The notes beneath the pieces were generated by a model. That model did not search any database and was not told where the DNA came from. It saw only the letters and a program-made list of their open reading frames with translations. Positions 1-8,848 of a DNA stretch of 58,976 nucleotides are shown in pieces; the first letter of the stretch is position 1; every line of letters begins with the position of its first letter. The DNA is from Candidatus Woesearchaeota archaeon (GTDB taxonomy: Archaea; Nanobdellota; Nanobdellia; Pacearchaeales; GW2011-AR1): the NCBI GenBank assembly GCA_964406515.1, contig CAYORV010000003.1:1-58976 (forward strand), read 5' to 3'. The translations under genes were made by a program, and so were the position numbers.

Positions 1-1475
1 TACCAAGATGAATTAACAAAAGTATCCAGCGTATCTGTCTCTCTTCTTGCTTTACCATTACATTTAGGACATTTAGCATTCACCCATTTTTCATTAGTAA
101 CTAAAGGATTTCCTTTACCAAACTTAACATTCTTTGGCAAAATAATAGGCAAATCTTTCTCTGGTATAGGCACAATCCCACACTTATCACAATAAACAAT
201 TGGGATTGGAGTTCCCCAATATCTCTGTCGAGAAATAAGCCAATCTTTTAATTTAAACTGAATCCTCTTCTTACCCAACTTATTCTTAGAAAGATATTTT
301 GTAATCTCCTCTATTGCTTTTTGATTATCAACTCCATTAAACTTTCCAGAATTAATCAGTTTACCATCTCCAATATAAGCCTCATTTGCTACTCTCCCTC
401 CCTGAATAACTTGTTTAATTTTAATCTTATATTTTTTCGCAAAATCAAAGTCACGCTTATCATGTGCAGGAACAGCCATCACCATCCCAGAACCATAATC
501 AGCTAAAACAAAATTCCCAACCCAAACTGGAACCTTCTCCCCATTAATCGGATTGATTGCATAACTTCCTGTAAAAACACCTTCCTTATCCAAATTCTTC
601 ATTTCTTTTTCAGAAACACTTTTTATTTTTTTCAAAAATTTGTCCACATCTTTTTTTTGCTCTTTTGTAACCAATTCATTCAACCGAGAATGCTGAGCAG
701 ATATAACCATAAATGTGACCCCAAAAATTGTATCTGAACGTGTAGTAAAGATCGGCCAAGATTCTCCATTAATTTCAAATTTTATTTCAGTCCCATAACT
801 CTTCCCAATCCAATTTCTTTGGAGCTTCTTAGCCCTATCTGGCCAATCAACTTTTTCCAATCCTCTCAATAATTCATCAGCATAATCTGTAATTCTAAAA
901 AACCATTGTTCCAAATGTTTAATTTCAACAGGAGTATCCTCATGCCTCCAACAACAACCATTCACAACTTGTTCATTCGCCAAAACAGTGTCACACTTTT
1001 TACAAAAATTAACAGGAGCCTTTTTCCTATATGCAATTCCTTTTTCCAACATCTTAAGAAAAATCCATTGATCCCATTTGTAATAATCTGGACTTGATGT
1101 TTTAACGACCCTAGTCCAATCATAACTCCACCCCATTGCCTTCTGCTGTTTCATAAAATTAGAAATTGATTTCTTGGTATATTCTTCTGGATGAGTAGTC
1201 TCTTTTATTGCCGCATTTTCGGCAGGCAATCCTAAAGCGTCATAGCCAATTGGATAAAGAACATTATATCCTTGTGCCCTCTTGAATCTTGCAAAAATAT
1301 CTCCTAACGAAAAAACAAACGCATGCCCCATGTGCAATCCAGCACCAGAAGGATAAGGGAACATATCAAGAACATAAAATTTTTTCTTTTTTTGGTCCTC
1401 TTTAACTTCAAAAATCTTCTTCTCTTCCCATTTCTTCTGCCATTTTTTTTCTATAGTATTAAAATTATATTCCAT
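1..1475 (-). CDS. leuS: Leucine--tRNA ligase, bacterial-type (5' part; runs off window)
   Basis: Manual translation from ATG 1475: MEYNFNTIEKKWQKKW...LDMFPYPSGAGLHMGH (HIGH motif), GLPAENAAI, QWFFRITDYADELL, FTTRSDTIFG, DWLISRQRYWGTPIP. Not in ORF track because truncated. Confidence 0.95.
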   Translation of the reverse strand, partial: MEYNFNTIEKKWQKKWEEKKIFEVKEDQKKKKFYVLDMFPYPSGAGLHMGHAFVFSLGDIFARFKRAQGYNVLYPIGYDALGLPAENAAIKETTHPEEYTKKSISNFMKQQKAMGWSYDWTRVVKTSSPDYYKWDQWIFLKMLEKGIAYRKKAPVNFCKKCDTVLANEQVVNGCCWRHEDTPVEIKHLEQWFFRITDYADELLRGLEKVDWPDRAKKLQRNWIGKSYGTEIKFEINGESWPIFTTRSDTIFGVTFMVISAQHSRLNELVTKEQKKDVDKFLKKIKSVSEKEMKNLDKEGVFTGSYAINPINGEKVPVWVGNFVLADYGSGMVMAVPAHDKRDFDFAKKYKIKIKQVIQGGRVANEAYIGDGKLINSGKFNGVDNQKAIEEITKYLSKNKLGKKRIQFKLKDWLISRQRYWGTPIPIVYCDKCGIVPIPEKDLPIILPKNVKFGKGNPLVTNEKWVNAKCPKCNGKARRETDTLDTFVNSSW

Positions 1476-1527
1476 AAATACAAAACCACTCAGGAACTTT
1501 TAAATATTCTTATTTATTAAATAAAAT

Positions 1528-2046
1528 ATGCAAAAGATACAAGCACATTTTGTTGGAGAAATTATAAGCACAAACTCTGCTGAAGCTTTTTCTCTCTACA
1601 AAAAAAGTCATTTTGGCAAACCAGTGGGAGAAAAAATTCAATACTCTTTTTCAGAAACACTCTTTTTAGTTGAAAAAGGAAAATTAGAAGTTTTTGTAAG
1701 AGAAAAAAGAATTATTAAAAAAGAATTATTAAAAAAAATTCAAAGATTTGATAAAAAGATTCAGATTAAATATCCTGTGTTCAAAAACCTTCGAGAAAAA
1801 GGTTATATTGTTAAAACAGCTTTAAAATTCGGAGCAGAATTTAGAATCTATGAAAAAGGTGCTAAACCTGGGAAAAATCACGCAAAATGGATTGTATTTA
1901 CGGATTATGAATCTGGAAAACTTACATGGCATGAATTTTCTGCGAAAACTAGAGTAGCACATTCAACCAAAAAAAATTTACTCCTAGCAATTGTTGACGA
2001 AGAAGGGGACATCACTTACTACGAAATCAGGTGGATAAGACCATAA
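1528..2046 (+). CDS. endA: tRNA-splicing endonuclease, catalytic alpha-type subunit
   Basis: LKFGAEFRIY...H...RVAHSTKKNLLLAIVDEEGDITYY; catalytic Tyr/His/Lys retained. Confidence 0.93.
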   Translation: MQKIQAHFVGEIISTNSAEAFSLYKKSHFGKPVGEKIQYSFSETLFLVEKGKLEVFVREKRIIKKELLKKIQRFDKKIQIKYPVFKNLREKGYIVKTALKFGAEFRIYEKGAKPGKNHAKWIVFTDYESGKLTWHEFSAKTRVAHSTKKNLLLAIVDEEGDITYYEIRWIRP

Positions 2047-2080
2047 TAAAATTTATAATCTTCTTATTTCTCACCTAAAC

Positions 2081-2956
2081 ATGCCAACCCAAGATACTTC
2101 AGGAATAAAAGGAAATATTCTTTCTATTTTAAAACAAAGAGGACCTAGCTTACCTGTGCATATTGCAAGAGAAACTAGTTTAAGCATCCTATTTGCCTCA
2201 GCATTTCTATCCGAACTTTTATCTGAAAGAAAAATAAAAATAAGTAATATGAGGGTGGGGAGTTCACCAATTTATTATATTCTCGGGCAAGAAAATCAAC
2301 TTGAAAACTTTTCTCTTCATTTAAATAACAAGGAAAAAGAAGCTTTTACAATTTTGCGAAATAAAAAAATTTTAAAAGATATTGAACAAGAACCTGCAAT
2401 AAGGGTAGCACTTAGATCTATAAAAGATTTCGCAATTCCTTTCAAAGAAGGGGAGGAAATTTTTTGGAGATATTTCATAACAGAACAACCAGAACCAAAA
2501 GCTAAAGAAATAGCAAAAATAGAAACTCCAAAAAAACAAGAACCTAAAAAAGAAATTCCTAAAGAAATAAATTCTCATATTATAAAAAAAGTAGATATAT
2601 TTGATAAACCAAAAAAGAAATCTGCACAAAAAGAGAAATCAGAATTTGTTGTAGAAATAATAAATTCCTTAAAAGAAAGTGATATTGAACTCATTCAAGA
2701 AAGGGAATTCAAAAAAAGAGAATTTATGGGAGTTGGAAAAATAAAAACCAATATTGGAAGCATGGAAATTCTTATTATGGCAAAAGATAAAAAAACAATA
2801 ACTGAAAATGATCTCACAGTATCAATCCAAAAAAGTCAAACAGAAAAGAAAATAATTTTATTTATCTCTCCAGGAAAATTAGATAAAAAAGCTACAGAAC
2901 TTCTTCAAGAATATAAAAATATATTAAAATTTGTAAGATACAATAGAAAACCTTAA
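2081..2956 (+). CDS. Hypothetical protein: N-terminal winged-helix-like region, Lys/Glu/Pro linker, possible degenerate nuclease-fold C-terminus
   Basis: ILSILKQRGPSLPVHIARET...FLSELLSERKIK resembles a wHTH; the rest is inference. Confidence 0.5.
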   Translation: MPTQDTSGIKGNILSILKQRGPSLPVHIARETSLSILFASAFLSELLSERKIKISNMRVGSSPIYYILGQENQLENFSLHLNNKEKEAFTILRNKKILKDIEQEPAIRVALRSIKDFAIPFKEGEEIFWRYFITEQPEPKAKEIAKIETPKKQEPKKEIPKEINSHIIKKVDIFDKPKKKSAQKEKSEFVVEIINSLKESDIELIQEREFKKREFMGVGKIKTNIGSMEILIMAKDKKTITENDLTVSIQKSQTEKKIILFISPGKLDKKATELLQEYKNILKFVRYNRKP

Positions 2957-2980
2957 ATATCAAGATACAGAAATATAATC

Positions 2981-3169
2981 ATGGGAAAGATAAAATCTAA
3001 GGACGTAAGAAGATCTGCTAAGAAATTAACTGAGAATGGAGTTAAATTCGCAGGAGATTTTGAAGAGAATAAACAAATACTTACAGGAATGACTATTAGT
3101 AAAAAACTAAGAAATCGTTTAGCAGGATTACTCGCAAAGAGCAAGAAACAAGAACAAATTAATGCTTAA
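2981..3169 (+). CDS. rps17e: 30S ribosomal protein S17e
   Basis: MGKIKSKDVRRSAKKL...DFEENK...SKKLRNRLAG. Confidence 0.92.
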   Translation: MGKIKSKDVRRSAKKLTENGVKFAGDFEENKQILTGMTISKKLRNRLAGLLAKSKKQEQINA

Positions 3170-3213
3170 TTCTATATAAGAAATCTTTTAAACACTTATT
3201 CTCTAATATTTTT

Positions 3214-3286
3214 GTCTCTGTAGCTCAGTGTTTAGAGCGCGGCTCTCATGAGGCCGAGGTCGAGAGTTAAAATCTCTCCAGAGACA
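3214..3286 (+). tRNA. tRNA with CAU anticodon (elongator Met or Ile2)
   Basis: Cloverleaf: GTCTCTG/CAGAGAC acceptor, CGGCT-CTCATGA-GGCCG anticodon arm, GAGAG-TTAAAAT-CTCTC T arm. Confidence 0.88.
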
Positions 3287-3431
3287 TTAATATACTTCTC
3301 GACCGAAACGAGGTCGTGAGGTTATTGGAAAGCGACAAATTTTAGATAATAACGACTTTTCAATAATTGAATAAGAGTTAAAATCTCTCCAAAGACATTA
3401 ATATACTTCTCGACCGAAACGAGGTCGTGAG
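3263..3431 (+). repeat. 58-bp direct repeat (3263-3320, 3374-3431; 1 mismatch) including the tRNA 3' end, around a 53-bp hairpin
   Basis: Direct sequence comparison. Confidence 0.92.
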
Positions 3432-3512
3432 TGAATTTGTGAGAGATAATCTCCAGACGCGAGTTGAGTTCATCACAATAATCTTTTTAATTCTAAAAAA
3501 GAATTCCTAATC

Positions 3513-3914
3513 ATGATTAAATGGCTTGAAAAAAACAGGATAATCCCAATCATATTAACAATTCTCATAACCATAGAAATTTTCTATTTCTCCACATTGC
3601 AGGGCGGAACAGGAACAGGCGTGGAAAATCCTTGGATTGCACGAGCATATCATTTTATTGTTTTTTTCTTATTCAGTTTCTTTTTTCTAATGGCAATAAA
3701 AGGAAAAAATAAAATGAAACTCAAATATTTAATTATAACAATAATTATCTCCATAACCCATGGCATCTTAGATGAGGTTCATCAAATATTTGTGCCTCTT
3801 AGAGATGCCAGCATTAGAGATATTTTAACAGATAGTCTTGGTATATTCTCTGCAGTATTAATCCATAAATATATAGATAAAAAAACTAAAATCAAATCTG
3901 AAACTTCTTCTTAA
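3513..3914 (+). CDS. VanZ-family membrane protein
   Basis: HFIVFF...GILDEVHQIFVPLRDASIRDILTD motif. Confidence 0.85.
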   Translation: MIKWLEKNRIIPIILTILITIEIFYFSTLQGGTGTGVENPWIARAYHFIVFFLFSFFFLMAIKGKNKMKLKYLIITIIISITHGILDEVHQIFVPLRDASIRDILTDSLGIFSAVLIHKYIDKKTKIKSETSS

Positions 3915-4350
3915 TTTCTTCAGATAATTTTTTTAATTCATTAATATCTGCTTGTTCACCAATTTGTGTTGTAACATATCCAGGATAATCATTAAAATAG
4001 ACTTTTTCATCCCCCCACATTTCTTTAAATTTTTTATCTAATCCATGAAGAGGATACAATTTAATGTGAACATGGTTAACTCCCATTCCTTCCATTACCA
4101 TTGCAACCCTTTTAACACCCAAACCTTTCTCTAAGATCTTCGCGACTTTTTTTGAAGCTTCCATAAGTTTACTATAAATCCCATCGGGCATATCAAAAGC
4201 ATAAGAATCATAATGTTCTTTTGTCAAAACTAACGTCATTCCTTTTGTATTCGGCATCGCATCCAAAATAGCCAGAAAATTCTCATCTTCCCAAATCTTA
4301 GCAGAATCAATCTCTCCCTTAACAATCTTACAAAAAATACAATCTGTCAT
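3892..4350 (-). CDS. HIT-family hydrolase
   Basis: DCIFCKI N-terminus; VNHVHIKLYP triad-like motif. Confidence 0.88.
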   Translation of the reverse strand: MTDCIFCKIVKGEIDSAKIWEDENFLAILDAMPNTKGMTLVLTKEHYDSYAFDMPDGIYSKLMEASKKVAKILEKGLGVKRVAMVMEGMGVNHVHIKLYPLHGLDKKFKEMWGDEKVYFNDYPGYVTTQIGEQADINELKKLSEEIKKKFQI

Positions 4351-4422
4351 TTATCATTCAAAAATAAGATATTTAAAAATATATTGAAAACTAAGAAAAT
4401 GTTAAATAAAAAATAAATAATC

Positions 4423-4677
4423 TTATTTTCTTTTTTTTCTAGCTCTTTTTTTTGGAGCTTTTCGTTTTGCTGGAGCCTTTTTCTTTGAAGCTTTTTTCTT
4501 CTTTCTTGGATTTTCTATCCTAGAAACACTTGTACCCATTTTCTTAACTTTTATTACTCCTTTCTTAAGGGCTTTCAATCCAGAAATTTCTTTTTCAAGC
4601 TTTCTAATCTTCGCAGCAATTTGTTTTGGAGTTTTAGCTTTTACCATGTTCCACCTCTTTTTAATTGAGTATATCAA
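4423..4677 (-). CDS. Small Lys/Arg/Ala-rich basic protein (histone H1-like tail); start possibly at MVKAK
   Basis: KKKASKKKAPAKRKAPKKRARKKRK. Confidence 0.55.
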   Translation of the reverse strand: MIYSIKKRWNMVKAKTPKQIAAKIRKLEKEISGLKALKKGVIKVKKMGTSVSRIENPRKKKKASKKKAPAKRKAPKKRARKKRK

Positions 4678-4719
4678 TACATAAGGATTTATAAACTTTT
4701 TGCAGAAATTTCAGAATAT

Positions 4720-4740
4720 ATTTTTGTCGTCGACAAAAAT
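4720..4740. repeat. Perfect inverted repeat right after the glyS stop (possible terminator or small palindromic element)
   Basis: ATTTTTGTCG-T-CGACAAAAAT. Confidence 0.4.
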
Positions 4741-6401
4741 CAATTTATTCGTTTCCCAACATCTTCAAACTTAATTTTTCCGTCAAGAAGTTCACTCAAA
4801 GTTTTATTCAACTTAGAAATCTTAACCCTAATCTGTTTTTTTGTATCTCTATCCCTTATTGTAACATCTTCTTTTTTCAAAGAATCCTCATCAATAGTTA
4901 TACAATATGGCGTTCCTATTTCATCATTCCGAGCATATCTTCTTCCAATACTTCCAGATTTATCATAGATCGCATTTCTATCTTGTCTCAACTCTTCCAC
5001 AATATTTTCTGCCATCTTTTCAAAATCATCTCTTTTAACAATTGGAAAAACCGCAGCTTTAATCGGAGCAAGTTTCGGATGTAATTTCAAAACAATATTA
5101 TCTCTTTCTCTATCATAATAATATGCATCAAACATAAAAACCAAAAAAGCCCTGCCCACACCTAATGAAGGCTCGCAAACAACATGGGGCAAAAATTTCT
5201 TCTTAGATTTTTCATCAAAAATTTTCAAATCCTTACCTGAAAATTTCTCGTGCTGTTTTAAATCAAAATCAGTTCTATTAGCCATTCCCTCTAACTCTTT
5301 CCATCCAAAAGGAAATTCATATTCCAAATCCCAAGTATCCAAAGCATAATGACTTTTCTCTTCAGAAGTATGTTGCCTGATTCTAAACTTCTCAGGATTC
5401 GCCCCAAGATCAACAAACCACGAAAACTCTTGTTCAAGCCAGTAAGCATGCCAATCTGTTTTAATAATACCTTTCTTATGCGCCTGTTTAAATGTCATTT
5501 TTTCTGGCTCTATTTCTGCTCCTTGCATTTCAGAAGAATAAACTAAAATCTTAGTATCTCCAAGTACATAAGGACATTTCTGTTCTGGCTCAACAAAATA
5601 TTCAATTTCCATTTGTTCAAACTCCCTTGTTCTAAACAAAAAATCTCTAGGAGCAATTTCATTCCTAAAGGATTTCCCAATTTGCGCAATACCAAAAGGC
5701 AATTTCATCCTTGCATTATCATAAACATATTTAAAATTTGTAAAAATCAATTGAGCAGTTTCGGGTCTTAAATAAGACTTCAAAGAATCTTCATTTACAG
5801 GTCCAACTTGCGTCTGAAACATAGGATTAAACTCACCCTTATTCTCAAATTCTCCCCCACACTTCTCACAATTAACTTTTCCAACCTCATGCTTATCTAA
5901 TTTAGTTTTATTCCCACATTTTTTACACGCAACTGCAACATCTAAAAAATTTTCAACATGTCCAGAAGCTTCCCACACTTTTGGATTTGTAATTATACTA
6001 CCATCGATACCAACCATATCATCCCTCATATAAACATGAAACTTCCACCATTCCCTTTTCAAATTATTTTCCAATTCTGTTCCAAGATGTCCAAAATCCC
6101 AGAACCCAGCAAGCCCACCATAAATATCTCCAGAAGGGTAAACAAATCCTCTCCTTTTACAAAATGCAGTCATCTCTTCAATTGAAATTTTCTGATGAAT
6201 CATTTCAATTTTCTCGTTCTCAACCTTTTTCTTTTCCAACTTCGGCGCCTTAAAGATTTTCTTAGCCTTTTCTTCAGCTTCTTTTTTTGTTTTCCCAAGA
6301 TAAGCAATCGTTTTTGTCTTTACTTTATCTCCTTCTCGCTTATTTTCATTAAGGTAATAATACTCATTCCCATGAATTGTTTTCTTCACAATAAATGCCA
6401 T
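4740..6401 (-). CDS. glyS: Glycine--tRNA ligase (alpha2 type) with N-terminal extension
   Basis: KRRGF...IYGGLAGFWDFG, LRPETAQ, FRNEIAPR...REFEQMEIE, SIGRRYARNDEIGTP. Confidence 0.95.
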   Translation of the reverse strand: MAFIVKKTIHGNEYYYLNENKREGDKVKTKTIAYLGKTKKEAEEKAKKIFKAPKLEKKKVENEKIEMIHQKISIEEMTAFCKRRGFVYPSGDIYGGLAGFWDFGHLGTELENNLKREWWKFHVYMRDDMVGIDGSIITNPKVWEASGHVENFLDVAVACKKCGNKTKLDKHEVGKVNCEKCGGEFENKGEFNPMFQTQVGPVNEDSLKSYLRPETAQLIFTNFKYVYDNARMKLPFGIAQIGKSFRNEIAPRDFLFRTREFEQMEIEYFVEPEQKCPYVLGDTKILVYSSEMQGAEIEPEKMTFKQAHKKGIIKTDWHAYWLEQEFSWFVDLGANPEKFRIRQHTSEEKSHYALDTWDLEYEFPFGWKELEGMANRTDFDLKQHEKFSGKDLKIFDEKSKKKFLPHVVCEPSLGVGRAFLVFMFDAYYYDRERDNIVLKLHPKLAPIKAAVFPIVKRDDFEKMAENIVEELRQDRNAIYDKSGSIGRRYARNDEIGTPYCITIDEDSLKKEDVTIRDRDTKKQIRVKISKLNKTLSELLDGKIKFEDVGKRIN

Positions 6402-6467
6402 ATGTTAGGTACTACAAATAACTATTTAAATATTTCGGTAGGCACTACAAAAGCAGAATATCTTTGA

Positions 6468-7202
6468 CTAATGAACAGTATCAGATATGTTGATAGGGGG
6501 TTTTTCCAATCCAGCAAGTTCAGGAAAAATTTTAGTTACTATTGAACCTGAAAGATAATAACCTGGAACTTCTCTCCTCAAAGGGACGTTTGTATCGTCA
6601 ATCCCCGCAATACTAAATTCAGATAAACCTTCTAACAAACGTTTTGAACGAATCTCAACTAAAGGAGAAGAATATTGTGTTGGACCCTCCTTCCCTTGCT
6701 CTGCCCATACATATTTCAATAAAACTCCTTCACTATCTCTTGTTACTAAAATATCATGCCCCCTTAAAATCCATTCATCTGAATCATTTTCAAATTCTAA
6801 GTTAAGATCCCGATTAGTGGGAAACTCATCATTAAACCATGCTAATGCTCCTGCAAAATTATTTTTTGTCCAATAAAACAAATTATGATTGTTCTTTGAG
6901 TTATAGAAGGGATGATCAGCTTTCTCAAAATAATGTTTTGATGCTATTTCTACAGCAGAACTTAGATTATCAATAGAACATCCAGGGCTTGATGCCCAAT
7001 CTCCATTCTCTGGATTAAATATTGCTACGCCTCTGCTCCCTCCTTTTCCTGCATAAATTCTTACATTCTCTCCATCTTTTAGGGCTCTTTCTATGCCAGA
7101 ATCTTTTGAAAATTCAATACCTTTCAAGGTTGGTACACGTATTTTAACGTCAATCCCTAGAGGCCATCCTTGAATTTTATTAAACTTAATATTGACTGCC
7201 AT
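6468..7202 (-). CDS. Hypothetical protein
   Basis: 244-aa ORF with upstream TATA-like sequence; no recognised motif. Confidence 0.6.
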   Translation of the reverse strand: MAVNIKFNKIQGWPLGIDVKIRVPTLKGIEFSKDSGIERALKDGENVRIYAGKGGSRGVAIFNPENGDWASSPGCSIDNLSSAVEIASKHYFEKADHPFYNSKNNHNLFYWTKNNFAGALAWFNDEFPTNRDLNLEFENDSDEWILRGHDILVTRDSEGVLLKYVWAEQGKEGPTQYSSPLVEIRSKRLLEGLSEFSIAGIDDTNVPLRREVPGYYLSGSIVTKIFPELAGLEKPPINISDTVH

Positions 7203-7279
7203 GGATTTTATATAAAATGTCTATTTATAAATATTTGTACATAATTGTATAGAACTAAAGCAACGAGGAATTCCCCGAG

Positions 7280-7359
7280 AGCGGAGGGCGAAGTTATTGG
7301 AAAGCGACAAATTATCTAGATTAATAACGGCTTTTCAATGATTGAGTTGTGGACTCGAA
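7280..7359. repeat. Hairpin element (7293-7345, related to 3321-3370) splitting a remnant of the tRNA-Cys 3' end
   Basis: First 21 bp identical to 3321-3341; flanks AGCGGAGGG and GGACTCGAA match 7401-7409 and 7412-7420. Confidence 0.8.
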
Positions 7360-7400
7360 GAGTCACACCCGTTAAAAACAAATCTGAAAGATTTGTTTAA

Positions 7401-7473
7401 AGCGGAGGGTGGGACTCGAACCCACGAAAAATCGGGCTGCAACCGATTGCAGTAGCCGCTGTGCCACCTCCGC
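7401..7473 (-). tRNA. tRNA-Cys(GCA)
   Basis: GCGGAGG/CCTCCGC acceptor, loop TTGCAGC, T loop TTCGAGT, U73. Confidence 0.95.
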
Positions 7474-7505
7474 ATATTCAAATGATAAGTAAATCCTATA
7501 TAAAA

Positions 7506-8579
7506 TTATTCTTTTAGACTCAAAGCATCTTGAGGACAAATTTCCATACAACAAAAACACCTTATACATTTCTTCTCATCAACAACAGGGAAAGGTTTGA
7601 GTTCTATTGCATTAACAGGGCATTTTTCAGCACATAATCCACATTTAATACATTTCTTCTCATCAACAACTATTGGTTTTTGCTTGAATCTTTTCAAGAG
7701 TTTCCTTGAAGATGCAACACTCACAACTGGTTTTTTAAAATGCAAATTTGGAATCTTTTTAATTCCAACTAACCTAAACTTAAAACTACCTAATTTCCTT
7801 TTTACAGCTTCTTTAATCGCTAATATATCTTTGGATTTATAACCAATTAATTGGCTCGCCACTACATCTAAACTTATTGCATTTTTTGAAGCAATAATAT
7901 ATCCTGCTTTTTTCGGCGTACCAGAAGTCGGCCCAGTTCCTTCCATTCCAATAATTGCATCCATTATATTAATTTCAGGTTTTATATTCTGATAAATATC
8001 AACCAACAAACTCGAAAAAACTTTTTCACTTCGAGCTTTGCTATGTAATTTCTGTTTATTCCCCCCAGGAATACAACCATAAAGATTCTTAATCGCCCCA
8101 GTATATTTAGTCAATTGATGCGTTTTCAATTTAGGCATATTAATAATCAAATCAACATCCTTAATTGTCTTAGCTAAATGAAAATTCTTCAAAACTTTTG
8201 CATTCTTATCGTGAATCTTAATTAATTTATCTTGTTCAAAAATAACTTGTGCCCCATATTTTTTAGCAACTTTCTCCATTCCAGATTTTTTAAATGCAAC
8301 ATCAGTTTCCATGAAAGAAGACTCACCAATATAAATTCTACAATTATTCTTTTTCAAAATTTTACAAACCGATTCAACAAGAGAAGCATTGGTAAGAGTA
8401 GCAATTGGATTTTTAAGATTCCATGCCACAATATTTGGTTTAATCAAAACTTTTTTACTCTTAGGAATTTCTATTTCTGCCAAACGCAAAACTTTAGTCA
8501 TCGCTCTATCGACTTCTTCTTGCTTATAGGTCCCACACTTTACTACTGCAACTTTCTCAACTCTTTTTTTGTTAACCAT
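7506..8579 (-). CDS. DUF362-domain protein with C-terminal 2x[4Fe-4S] ferredoxin
   Basis: VLIKPN, INMPKLKTH...GAIKNLYG, EGTGPTSG; CIKCGLCAEKCP and CIRCFCCMEICP. Confidence 0.9.
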   Translation of the reverse strand: MVNKKRVEKVAVVKCGTYKQEEVDRAMTKVLRLAEIEIPKSKKVLIKPNIVAWNLKNPIATLTNASLVESVCKILKKNNCRIYIGESSFMETDVAFKKSGMEKVAKKYGAQVIFEQDKLIKIHDKNAKVLKNFHLAKTIKDVDLIINMPKLKTHQLTKYTGAIKNLYGCIPGGNKQKLHSKARSEKVFSSLLVDIYQNIKPEINIMDAIIGMEGTGPTSGTPKKAGYIIASKNAISLDVVASQLIGYKSKDILAIKEAVKRKLGSFKFRLVGIKKIPNLHFKKPVVSVASSRKLLKRFKQKPIVVDEKKCIKCGLCAEKCPVNAIELKPFPVVDEKKCIRCFCCMEICPQDALSLKE

Positions 8580-8594
8580 ATTTAATCAAACCTA

Positions 8595-8715
8595 TGCCCC
8601 CGACAGGATTCGAACCTGCGACCTATTGCTTTCCTCTTTTCCTTAAAAGGAGGAATGGGAAATTTCCCATCTCACTTAGAAGGCAATCGCTCTATCCAAG
8701 CTGAGCTACAGGGGC
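8595..8715 (-). tRNA. tRNA-Arg(UCU) with 46-nt intron at 37/38 (8631-8676)
   Basis: GCCCCTG/CGGGGGC acceptor; ATTGC-CTTCTA|intron|A-GCAAT; T loop TTCGAAT. Confidence 0.9.
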
Positions 8716-8802
8716 TTCTTGAACCTGTAGCGAATCATCCGTTCCAACGAAAAGGAGGTTGACTGTCAAGGAACCTTGGTTCCTTACATGAGCTACAGGG
8801 GC
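8702..8802. mobile_element. Short GGAACC/GGTTCC hairpin element between 14-bp direct repeats of the tRNA-Arg 5' end
   Basis: TGAGCTACAGGGGC at 8702-8715 and 8789-8802; AAGGAACCTTGGTTCCTT hairpin inside. Confidence 0.7.
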
Positions 8803-8848
8803 CTATAAATTCTAAGAAATAATCATATTTAAAATCTTTCTATTAAGA

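Noticed and set aside
321-1520. Plus-strand ORFs 321-506, 906-1097, 1323-1520
   Set aside because: Antisense shadows of leuS
3513-3914. Glycopeptide resistance inferred from VanZ
   Set aside because: The VanZ-like family is widespread and no van cluster is present
7372-7569. ORFs spanning tRNAs or repeats (7372-7569, 11975-12196, 22252-22437)
   Set aside because: They overlap tRNA genes or repeat elements and are better explained by them
8789-8802. Split or permuted tRNA halves (also 3374-3397, 11993-12011, 22437-22452)
   Set aside because: Each fragment duplicates an adjacent complete tRNA, is only 14-24 nt, and has no complementary trans-splicing leader
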